A stretch of 25,763 nt of DNA from Chiloscyllium plagiosum (lineage: Eukaryota). A program made the position numbers and the translations under genes. The DNA lies in NCBI RefSeq assembly GCF_004010195.1, contig NC_057718.1:48302378-48328140 (forward strand), written 5' to 3'. Of the stretch, positions 1-11,800 are shown one piece after another. Each line of letters opens with the position of its first letter. Position 1 is the stretch's first letter. The notes below the pieces were generated by a model. The model searched no databases, had not been told where the DNA came from, and saw nothing but the letters and a program-made list of their open reading frames with translations.

Positions 1-1012
1 GTCACTGTGCAACCAAGTAGCAGAATTTGCTAGTCACTCTAAGTGGGGCATTACTTAGTGTGATCAAGGATGAATGTATAACACCTGTCCCTGATGGTTA
101 TAGAAAGGCAAAAAAGTAGCAGGCATTGGACAGGCATTCCAATAGTCTTTATAATTTAGTTTCCATGTGCGTAATATTATTGAGGCATATCAACTTAGAG
201 ACGCAGTAGTGATCAAGATGTGCTGTATTTTTTATTCACTTTTAGCCGGGATAGATTGCATAGTTTACCATCTGACCATTATATAGGTCGTTATCTACTG
301 AGCTGCTGTTATTCTAGGATAAGTCAGATCCAACACAGGAATCCAGTTTAATAGATCATTATGCTATTTGTTATGGTTTAACAAAGTAGTTGCTCTCTTT
401 GAAACATAAGCATGCAATGCTGCAGATTTTGCTTTAAAAACAACAAAATTGAAATTTATTATAAAAAGAATGTAGATAAAATGGAATAATCCAAACTTTC
501 TACTTATAAATTCAAATAGTTTTAAATGTACAGTAAAAATTAAACCTAAAACATTCTTTTATAAATTGAAAAGAAACAAAATGCTTCTGCACGGTTCTCA
601 ACACAACACTCCTGGCACAGTTCCTAAAACATGACTTTTGTAACACTCATGCCATAGTCACTAACTTTAACACCTCGGTATATTTAAGACACTTGTGATT
701 TCAACTTTTACACTGGAGATACAACAGCATCTTCTGGAAGTTACCACACATTGGAGCTTCACTGTACTCAGCTTTGAAAACCACTTCTAGCCTAGGACCA
801 ACACTAACTTTTCACTGAGGTAATCTAATTTATTAAATCTATTATTCCTTTTTCAGGAGTCCAGCTCTGTATAGCCAGTTGTGGGTGTCTCACTTGAGCT
901 AAATAAACCAAGACTCCACAACACTAACAAACATTCGAGACTCCATTACTTACCACACTTGGTCGCAAACACTAATCAAAAGTTCATTAGTGGATTAAAC
1001 GTGTGTACATTA

Positions 1013-1246
1013 CAATAAAAGCAAAATACTATAGATGCTGAAAGCCTGAAAAGAAGACAGAAAATGCTGAAGAATCTCAGCAGATCTGGCAGAATTTTGG
1101 AGAGACAAACAGTATTAACATTTCAAGTTCACTATGACTCTTCTTTGACATCAAGAACAGTCATACTTGACTTGAAACGTTAACTCTGTTTCTCTCTCTA
1201 CAATGCTGGGAGATCTGATAAGTTTATTCAGTATTTTTGGTTTTCA
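1013..1246. mobile_element. Old fold-back Penelope-like terminal-repeat remnant
   Basis: Imperfect inverted repeat centred near 1145 (gagagacaaacagtattaacatttcaagt / acttgaaacgttaactctgtttctctctc). Includes a decayed hammerhead-like GAAACGTTAAC and a 'gatgctg' end like the younger copies. Confidence 0.55.
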
Positions 1247-2060
1247 TTCGCTCTATAGCCAGGCTTCAAAATAGTTTCTCAGTTGCCATGGTTACAGAAA
1301 TACTGTACAAGTTAATTAACTTGAAAAACCCACGTCACCAACTCAAAACCTGAAATCGAAATTTACAGAGACTAATATATAAAAAAAATCATACATTTAA
1401 ATGCCACAGTTTACATCACCAGGTAAATTCTGGTCATACCTACAAGGAAACAAATGTCAGGAGCATGGAGAAGAAAATACCAATAGAAAGCTTGAAGATG
1501 CATCAAAAAGTGTAAATGATTAAAATTTTTTAAAATAAATTTGCGCAGAAAAATGTCAAACTCCACCAACACAATTTCCCTTTTCTATACATTATTTTTT
1601 ATTCACTGTAATAGGTGTACTTCATGTCTAGATAAACCATGGGTTTCAGCTTTCACAAAAAAATCTGAAAATTGCAGAATGTCATACAAAATATGAACAA
1701 ATATTCTAAAAGTTCAAGTAAAAATGCAAGTTAACTTAAGATACCATGGAGCAGCACTTCTTAGTCAAAGACATTTATTCCAGATTCATTTGCAGTCAAT
1801 CACGTTCTCAATTTTTTTTTTGAAATTTAATTGTCAAGTTTATCAAGACTCAAAGGTTTGCCTGTATGAGTTTGAATCACTTGTTTTCATCGACCTTTCA
1901 CAGCATACAATGCAAATGAGATGAAAAAAAATTGTTCAATTTAATGGACATGAAAAGTTAAAGCACAGATTCAAAGTATAATCAAGCATAATTCTTGTGA
2001 GCACATACATAAAAACATGGTGTGAAGGCTGCAATTGTCGGAATTGAATGCCTTCTTTGA

Positions 2061-2066
2061 TTTATT
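2061..2066 (-). promoter_or_regulatory. Candidate polyadenylation signal AATAAA of the minus-strand gene
   Basis: TTTATT on + about 770 nt past the stop codon. Alternatives at 1774-1779 and 1598-1603 cannot be distinguished from sequence alone. Confidence 0.3.
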
Positions 2067-2831
2067 TAGTGTTACATTTCCATCAATGATCTGTATTTGG
2101 TTAGGACACATAGTTTCCCTTTTCTCATTCTTCCTTCAGCACACAGTATTCAAATAAAGACAAATCTGTTAGGCTTCAGCTCATCTTTTTCTAAAAGAAT
2201 TCATTATAGAGATTGAATGCTATAGGTTTATGTTGTGTTACAAAATAACTTTGCTCCAAAAAGAAGAGATTGAAGCATAACTTCCATAATCTTCACAAAT
2301 TTTACCTGGTAATTCATGGACTTATAACAATAATTACTAATTATGGAGGATTCCCCAGAGACACTTTGATGCAGCATTTTAAACTCTACAGTCAGATAAC
2401 ACATTTGCAAACCTTATTCCCTATTTATATTAATAGAATGTAGTCATGATGTGCCTTCCCCTGTATTTTCTCATTACCGTGGAATGTATAATTTTTGTGA
2501 ACATTGTCAGAACATGAAATTCTATCCAACAGGACAATTTTTTGAGAGATCAAATTATCAGAGTTATTTTAACAGGTTTTCCAAGGGCTGTGTGGTAAAA
2601 CATTGAGAAACATCCTGAAAAATGCCGGTCTTGTTTCTGCTCTTTAATGTAAATTTCGCAAAATCATACATTCATATCTTTATATCTCTAACTGAAAGAT
2701 TGCCTGCATCCATTTTTGAAGGGATTTTCCCTGAGCTATCCAAGTGAACATACTTCGCTTCAATGACAAAGTTCCTGCGATTATCAGACCCTGTGTTTCA
2801 TGTTTTGAAATCCCACTGATGTACTTCTTCC

Positions 2832-2882
2832 TTACATTGCAGAGTTCAGGAACTGAAGGAGTTCAGCTCGATTTCGGTCTCT
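2832..2882 (-). CDS. Terminal coding exon (RDRNRAELLQFLNSAM*)
   Basis: Acceptor tttctttaatcctacAG; 51 nt ending in TAA at 2834-2832. Confidence 0.88.
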   Translation of the reverse strand, partial: RDRNRAELLQFLNSAM

Positions 2883-5800
2883 CTGTAGGATTAAAGAAAT
2901 TTATGGGTTTCAATAGATTGAATGCATGTCATAACAAAAAGAGAGTTCACACAGACTGGAGAATGTTGAGCATTGAGTGCCTGAGTTTCTGTTGCACTTT
3001 CTTGGATACAGGCTCCCAGTCAGAAAGCAAGTTTCATTCCAACACTAAATTTAAAATTGCAATAATCAATTTTTAAATAAAGCTCAAATGTTGTAAATTC
3101 AGAAAATTAGGCATTAAAATATTGGAAATGAAAGTTGATCAATATTTGAGAATGAACGAATGGTTGATACTTCTGAAATGTTAACCTTATTTTATCTTGT
3201 CAGATACAGGCCAACTGCTTTGTACTTTCTATTTTTAGTTGACATTTACTCAGCCATACAATGTGCCCAGATACATTCTACACATTTGCAAAGTTCAAAA
3301 AAGATTCAGTTTTCTTTCATTCTATTCCCAATTTTTAAGATTATTTTATTAGAAATTTAGCAGCCTCCAACACAGAATATATGTAACAAATATTACACAA
3401 AATTTCAGTAACTAAAACTGTCAGCTGAGCAATTCAACTCTTTTGCTCATAATGTGACGAGTAATATTAATTTTTGACATTAATAATTGACCATTGGATC
3501 AATAACCTCAAGAGATTTCTTTTACATTCGTTGCAATTATACCATACCATTATGTGTTGCAACCTGGGTGGCAGGGAAAGATTAAAAAGGCTGTGAAATC
3601 ACACAAGTCATGAACTTTAATTGCAGTGTTGTGTAAGGACAGGGTACAAAAGTCAGCCAGAGCTCCCTCCCTTAGTCACTGCTAGAAAGTGTGCATATGA
3701 GGCAATCAGGTGATAAGAACAAAGTTTTATGCAATAATTGAAATCTCCTTATTGCATAATTTTCAGATAGATCAAATAAAGGATGCTACTTAATTCTGGT
3801 ACTGTATCAGAGGGCTACAAGCGCTTTTGAACCTAACCGCAGCAAAAATGTCACCTTCAGAAGAAGTGCTGAAGAAATTTAAATTAAATAAGTTAAGTTG
3901 ATGTGCAAACTGTTGGAAAGTCAACAGTTTAAAGCCTTGCAAAATCTTTATAGGTAACAGAAACTATTTCAAGTTGGGGTATAGTAGAAATTTTGGAAGT
4001 GGGTTCAATTGTGCAATTTTTAAAGTGTTGTGAGATGACAGAGGACCATGATTCAGTGCTGAAAATGCACAACCTCCTCAGGGCTGAGGTGTAAATCATG
4101 ATTTTGCAGTCAGTCAGTACTTTTTATTTTACTTTCATCTTTCAATTTGATACATCACAGAAATTATAACAGTGCACATATATAATATTTCCCTATTAAG
4201 TTCATGTGCTCTTAAAAATAAACAAGTTCACATACCTCTTTATCACCTTTGGTCTTCTTAACTTTCATTTTTATTCTCTTTCCTGTAATCATGCTGTATG
4301 CATCACTTTTGCCCCTGTCTTTCAGAAACTGCAATTAGAATGATATTTTGTTAATACAAATGCACAGAACAAATAAAACACAATGTACTGATCACCACCT
4401 TGTGATCAAAGATGGAACTGCTAACTGATAGAATTCTTCCTTTTTGAATGAGACACTGAATAAATTCTAAACAGAGATTTAAACATTTTTTTTCTAGCTG
4501 GAAGGAAAAGGATTTCCTGAACTTCTGAAACACTTTCTGAAGGACATGAAGTGGTGAGATAAGTCTTTATTTTTGTAACAAGAGTGAGGCATTTGTCACA
4601 GCTCACAACATCATATGACTCAGTTATAAAGCTGTGGACGCGTAAGCAACAAGCAAAACCTATTAAGCATTCTATGCACTGAACTGCTGTTAGAACACAT
4701 TTGTTTCACAGTGTATAGATGTTGCCAGGCTTTTATAACACCCAGCATCGTCAGAAAGACTTAAATTTGTCAAAATATACATTTTAAGAGAAAAACCCGA
4801 AGTGGAGATCTTAACAAGAATATGCTTTTGAAATACCACACAGAACCTGTCAAGTGTTTAAAAACAACAAACATCAATTAGTTTGACTATCCACATGTTT
4901 TGTTAATCTTTACAATGCAATTTTAATTTATTAAAGTAATAAGAACAATTACACACTAATAAATCCAAAAATGTTGAAAGCTGTGCTCTTCCTGCTTCTC
5001 ACTCTTTCTGATTTGAGTTACTAACCTTTGTATTTTAGATACAGTGCAATAATAATAATACTTTGTTCTCTAGAAAGAAGGCAAAGCATGTGAGTAAATG
5101 ACTTGCCTGTGAAAAAGATGATTTCCTGATAGCTCTGCTTCCTTTGCTCTCATAGATCAAGATTATAGATCATGAAGCCAATCCTTAAGGTACCATCCTT
5201 TTCTCTGTTATAAGTAAGCTATTTCCTGACATACTCTCAGCAGATGAGGAACACTTCTACGAAAGACAAGAGCAAAGTAACCTCACCTCTGATGGATCAG
5301 ATACTGATGCTCAACATATTTTTGCCTAGCCTATAGGTATAATTGTCTGCTATATGCAATGTATATTGATTGGAAAAAAATATGAAATAAAAGAGGGGAC
5401 CAGTCTGAACATCATGCAATACTTTCATGGCTGACCTTCTGTTCCAATTTCCATTCCTCCATCCCTAGATTTCTTTAGCATCTAAAAAAATCTATCAATG
5501 TTAATCTTGAATATACTCAATGTCTGCATGTCTATAGTCCCCAGTGTAGAGAATTCCAAATATTTATAACCCTCTGACTGAACAAATTCTCCTCATTGCA
5601 GTAATAAATATCCAGTACCTTGTCTAAAGTCCCCTTGTCCTGGGGTCTTTGTATGAGGATGAGGAAGCATGGGGGCAGGGAGGTGCTGATGGCTACAAGC
5701 AATGCTGTAATGACTCTGACCTGCTCCAAGAAACTGTTCTCATTTCCTTTTTGCTGCAGGTTTGCCCAAAGTTGAGGAAATCAAGTGAAACGCTGTAAAC

Positions 5801-8800
5801 TGCAATATTGTTTAAGTGAAAGGTTTCTGTTTCATTTAAATATTTATATTGCCAACCTCTCTTATGGAAGCAGGTTGGTTGCCCACTCCTTGTCACTGCC
5901 ACTAATTCCCCCATCCTTAAACTTAGCAATAAGTGGATTAGGTTAAAATGCAGATTTTTAAAAATTTTAACATGCGAACCAGTCCTAACTCACATATTTC
6001 TGGGTGTTAAAATTCAGCATAAAAAGATCACCTGAAGGTTGCCATTTTTACTATGAGTATTTGCTGCAATTTCATTGAATCACGCTTGGAATGATTTATT
6101 GGTGGAATCAAACTTTCTCCATCTCTGATTTTCCTCTCTTACAATAACTCCATGTTTCTGGGTTTTCAATTGCCTGTCTGCACCTGTTTGTGGTTGGCTT
6201 CATGGTTCTCCTGAATAATTGCTGAACTGAAACCACTAACAAGGTACTCAACTAATAAGGAAATCACCATTATAATCACTGTGAGATTTGTAAATGTCAC
6301 ATGATCAAAAGTCAAGGTATATTAACATTGGATGTGAAGGCGGCTACAGTTTTTGCCTTGTTTTCTGAAAGGCAGGATGGAGGAGCATGTTTACAATACT
6401 GTAGCAATGTATGATATCAGCATATTAGGCAGCAAGATCGAGAAGAACTGCAATAATATTCATCTGAGTGATATTTATAATGAATAATATATCTTCTGAA
6501 AATCCCTCTAGGACCCAAGCTCACACTTAACGCACACAAAGAAAACACAAGTCTCCTTTTTGCTAATTTCTAAGAGCCCGGAAAAAGAAGACAGTCTCAG
6601 TTCAAGTTGCCAGCATAACCACACCACAATGCTTTTTTACAAGTTTGGCACAACTAACATCAATTTCATTTGGATGATTCATTAAACGTAGACATTGAAG
6701 GATCTGGCTGGGATCAGGATAAGGAAGTGTGATCAGTCAATAATGCAGAACAGGCCAATATTTTACTGAGACCCTTGCATTAAGAAAATATATTTGGCAT
6801 TCTAAAGCTAGTTATTGCTATTGGTTGCAATAGCTGCTTTAAACAGAAATTCCAAAAATATATAGTGTAGGCAATGATAATTGTAAAACATAGCTGAAAA
6901 AGATGCACTTGCCTCTATAGTGTGAACTTCAACGCTGCAAGATCTCAAAACGAGAACTTGTGAACAAGAAATCTCAGGTGTTGAAAACATACATGAAAAG
7001 ATTTAGTTTGATAATATTTTTATCTTCCATAAATAAAATGAAAAAAAGCACCAGCTCTTCAGATTTATAACTATAATGTTGTTTTATAGTTTCCATTTCT
7101 CACTAGTCCTACTGTATCCACTGGCCATCCCAATAATAGAAGGTTGTGAATCTACCTCAATCCTGTTACCTACAACCATACCACAGGAGTGTGCAATTAG
7201 AGTGCGATGGGTTTTATTATAAACACAGCATCTAATATAAATACTTAGAAATTCGTAACATAAAACTAAGGACAGAACACTTGATTTTAAAATGAGGATA
7301 GCACATCCCATTCCAATTAACCTCTAGTCTCTTAAAATTAAACTTTATTTTAACTCTCCGATGCCTCAGGAAACAAAAGTATTATTTATTTAAAAATAAT
7401 GTTCATTCATTTACAGTTTGTACAGAAAAGGGATCAGAGATATCAAATTTAATCCACAAAATACCAGCAAAAAGGTCAGAGGAGCATTTAATGCAAATTG
7501 AACTTAAAATATTCAGTCACTGTAAATCTGCAGCACAGATGCGATGCCAAAACAGCACAAACATCCCTATGGCTACAAAGCAAAGTGTTCTCTGACACAT
7601 TGCAGGCAATATATTAGGAGAAACAATAAGGTGGGGTTGTTTTCAAAATATAGATAATTTTTAAGATCAGATGCGATGTGGTTAACTTGTGATTGTTAAT
7701 TCAGATTATCAGCATTTCCTTATGAAATAAAAATAAAAGTAAACTAATTTTCTGGTTTCTTTTAATTTTTTGTTTTTAAATGAGCAACTGAAGGTTAAAT
7801 TACCTTAGAAATCTGAACAGGCCCAGAACACACACTCTTTTTCTTCTTGTGCTTCTTTATTTTCTCTTTCTTCCCCCCCTAAAAGGAAGCAAATTGTTTA
7901 AACACCAGAAGAAAGTCTTTCCCTGGATTGAATAGGAAATGGGCATCAGTTCTGTTTCAAAATGATTTTGCACATAATACATTTATTCTAAAAATACTGT
8001 AACATGAGAAGAAACTTTAAAATAAGTATCCCAAGTATGCAGAAATTCTTACCTTTTTGTGTTGTTTTTCTTTCTTCCTTTTCTTTATTTTTGATCGTTT
8101 CTGGGAATCTGCCAAAACAACTACAAAATCAGCCTTGTGCATGAAATCCCCAGTAGGATTCCCTAAATATTTTAACATGCCATACTTAAAGAAAATATAA
8201 TCATAAAAGATCAGTTGCCTAGTTATTGCTAAAGAATGTTCATTCATTTTCAATTGATTTCCTATGTTGCTTTATTTTTCACCTATATAGTAACCAAGAA
8301 AAATATTGATCCATAACACAACCTCGATTCTTCTCAAGAGTACATTACTGGTATAAAAATGGACACACATTATAAAATTCTGCACAGAACATACTTGCTT
8401 CTGATCAAAAGCACCTTAGAACATTTACACGTACTTGCTGAAGGTGTGGAAAACAAACATCCAGCTGTAATTGCAGAATGATGGTGAGATGTCTTGTAAA
8501 AAATTATATTTGGAGATTCTTTGTTTCATTTTACTGGATTCTCTCAGGATTTTAATTAAGTGATTAGGTATGCATTTTCTGTGAAAGACAGTTTGAGGAG
8601 TTCTTCTTTTCCATATTATTTTATGATAGAGATAATCTGCTACAGTGGTTTTCAAAGCTTTTCTTCAGGCTAGATTCAACATTTCAAAGTTGTTGTAATA
8701 ATTTCCAAAGTAATTTCAGTTCTTGCTTTCTTCTTTCCAAGGAGTGCACAAAAATTCTCCACTCCTTCAAATTTGCTCAACTTTCCCTCATTTTCCTCTC

Positions 8801-11800
8801 TTGTACTTTATGCTTCTTCACTTGCATCTCTCTTTTTCACTTAGATTTTATCCTTCATTTACACAGCTTCTGTTAGCTTTACAACACTGTGTCATCTACT
8901 ATCCTATTATGGAACAACAGTAATGGTGAGAGGGCTGAGCAAGTGGAATAAGAGTGGGCCATGAAACCGTAAGATTGATGTGAGACAATGGGACCATTTG
9001 GCAGGAATCATTGCAATTGTCACTAAAGTGCTAATATAATTCAGGCAAACTAAAGAAAATAAATATGATTTAGATCATTTCCTATGCCAATCCCTGCACT
9101 CCAGGACAGTGTTCATGCCCTCTGGTTTAAGAATTTTTTTTGAAGACTTATTAACAGTTAACAGCAGGATCCTGAACAGTGTTAATGTACAGAGGGACCT
9201 TGGGATTCAGGTCCATAACTCCATCAAAATGGCCACACAAGTAGATGGGGTGGTAAAGGTCGCATACGGCTTGCTTGCCTTTATTGGTCAGGGCATTGAG
9301 TACAAGAGTCAGGACATTAGACTTTAGTTAAATGTTTAGTTTATGTTTAGCAGCACGGTGGCACAGTGGTTAGCCCTGTTGCCTCACAGAGCCAGAGACC
9401 CAGCTTCAATTCCCACCTCAGGCAACTGCCTGTGTGGAGTTTGCACATTCTCCCCGTGTCTGCGTGGGTTTTCTCCGGGTGTTCCGGTTTCCTCCCACAG
9501 TCCAAAAATGTGCAGGTTAGGTGAATTGGCCATGCCAAATTGCCCGTAGTGTTAGGTGAAGGGGTAAATGTAGGGGAATGGGTCTGGGTGTGTTGCTCTT
9601 CGGAGGGTCGGTGTGAACTTATTGGGCCGAAGGGCCTGTTTCTACACTGTAAGTAATCTAATCTAATCTAATCTAATCTAATCTAAACCATAGAGTATTG
9701 CAATCAATTCTGTTTGCCACATTAGAGGAAGTATGTGGAGGCTTCGGAGAGGGTGAAGAAGAGGTTTACCAGGACGCTACCTGGATTAGAGGGTATGAGA
9801 TACAAGAGGAAATTTTTAAAGACTTGGGTTGTTTATCTGCAGCAGCAGAGACGGAGGAGAAATTTGATAGAAATATTATGAGATGCACAGATAGGATTGA
9901 TGGTCAGAACCTTTTCCCAGAGTTGAAGTGTTTAATATTGAGAGGGTGGGGGGCATGCATTTAAGGTAAGGGGGGGTGGGGGTGTTCAAAGAAGATGTGG
10001 GGGGGTGCAAGTTTTTTTTTAACAGAGTGGTAGGAGGCTGCAATGCATTGCTAGGGCAAATGGTGGACGTAGATATGAGAGGGGCATTTTAGGGACTTTT
10101 AGATAAGCACATGAATATGCAAAGAATGGAGGGATATAGACCAAGGGCATGCAGAAGGGCTTAGTTTAATCTGGTATCATGTTATCACAACATCATGGAC
10201 TGAAGGGCCCGTTCCTGTGCTGTACTATTCCATGTTCGAGGTTATTCATGGGATGTGGACCTTGTTGGCAAGGTCAGTACTTATTGTCCATTCCTAATTA
10301 TCCTTGTGAAAGTAGTGGTGAGACATGTTTTTGAACAGCTGCAGTCCCTGTGATACAAGTAAAGCTATAATGCTGTTAGGAAGGGAGTTCCAGGATTGCG
10401 ACCCATTAACAGCAATGGAACAGTAATATACTTCCAGGTCAGGGTGGGGTGTGACTTGGAGAAGAACTTGCAGGTAGTTGTATTCCCATGTATCTGTTGC
10501 TCTTAACTATTGATCAATTGACAATACCTGAACTGTCACCCCGTGGCATTAATCAATCATTCCCAACAGTTTTGGATTATTCTACATCACACAGGAAAAA
10601 GATTCCTACAATGCTCCGAAACAGAAAGGAATATAAACTCTGGCCCAAGATGAAATGGTATTTGTTATATACCATCAAAATTCCATTCTCTGATTGTAAT
10701 ATTAGTGTAAGAAGCCCACATTGTCAAACAATTTGCTTCAGAAATATCATGAAATTGTAATATAAGCAGCCCTCAACCTGAAGTTCTAATTCCAACGATA
10801 GGGACAGCTATAATATTCACCATCTCAATTCCCATGAAAAGTTCAGAATTATTTGGTAAAACAATGAAAGCCTTTAACTTGTGGTAAAAATGGTACTCCA
10901 GCTCCCCACCTTTCACAGATAAAACAAATCTTGTAAATCAACAGATAAGTAACATGACATGTTTTAAGTACTTCACTCTTCAAATTCAAAGTGAGTTTCA
11001 GCTACTCCGTGCTTTATGCACTTACCTCTACTACTAGACCTGCTTCTGCTTCTTGAGGATGACGACAAACTTGAAGAGGATGAACTTGATGATGATGATG
11101 TCGTGGAGGAGGACCTACTTCTGCTTCGTTTTCTTTCTCTTTTTGTTTTTCCTATATAAAAGAATATTTGCACATTTGGAACAATGTATTAATAGTTTAT
11201 CGATAAAGTTAGTCGGTAAAATGTGGAGCTGGAAAAAGCACAGCAGGTTAAGCAGCATCACAACAGCAGGAGAGTCGACATTTCGGGCAGGACCCTTCAT
11301 CAGTCCTGCTTTTTCCAGCTCCATATTTTATCAACTGACTTTCCAGCATCTGCAGTCCTCATTACCACCAACCTGCAAAGTTTCTTACACAAATCATTAT
11401 ACTTCTCCAGTAAGTAAACCGAAACTGAACTATTAAAATTCTTTTCCAGTGCAGTTACAGGTTTTATATTTAAACTTCCACAAATTCTAAAGTGGATAGT
11501 GACACCAACTGCAAAGTTAGCTCTTAGCACAACACCTGACTACTTGGGACCAGCTAACTCAGGACATGCCTTTATCTTTGGTTCAATTTCACACCATACA
11601 GATTACAGTTGCCCAATTAGCCGCTGCATGATCAAAGTCAATTTTTTATATTGCTCTTATTTCTGAAATATCATTTGCATTTATATAGCACCTTTAAAGT
11701 CATAAAACTTTCTAAAGCATTGGAAAACTATCAGCTGTGTGAGCCACCTCAAGATGCATTACAGTAGGTGATTGAAAATTTGGGGAAAAAAGATATGTTT

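Noticed and set aside
369..1010. Possible LTR-like or other repeat near the window start
   Set aside because: Only a TGTTA start and a compositional impression; no boundaries or motifs.
2744..3076. 110-aa plus-strand ORF
   Set aside because: Antisense to the terminal exon; GTG start and no recognisable motif.
9349..9425. tRNA-like A/B boxes (also at 12165-12239 and 16896-16981)
   Set aside because: These are SINE heads continuing into SINE bodies, not tRNA genes.
11053..11436. 127-aa plus-strand ORF, the longest in the track
   Set aside because: Antisense shadow of the poly-Ser exon plus the PLE hairpin; no coherent protein.
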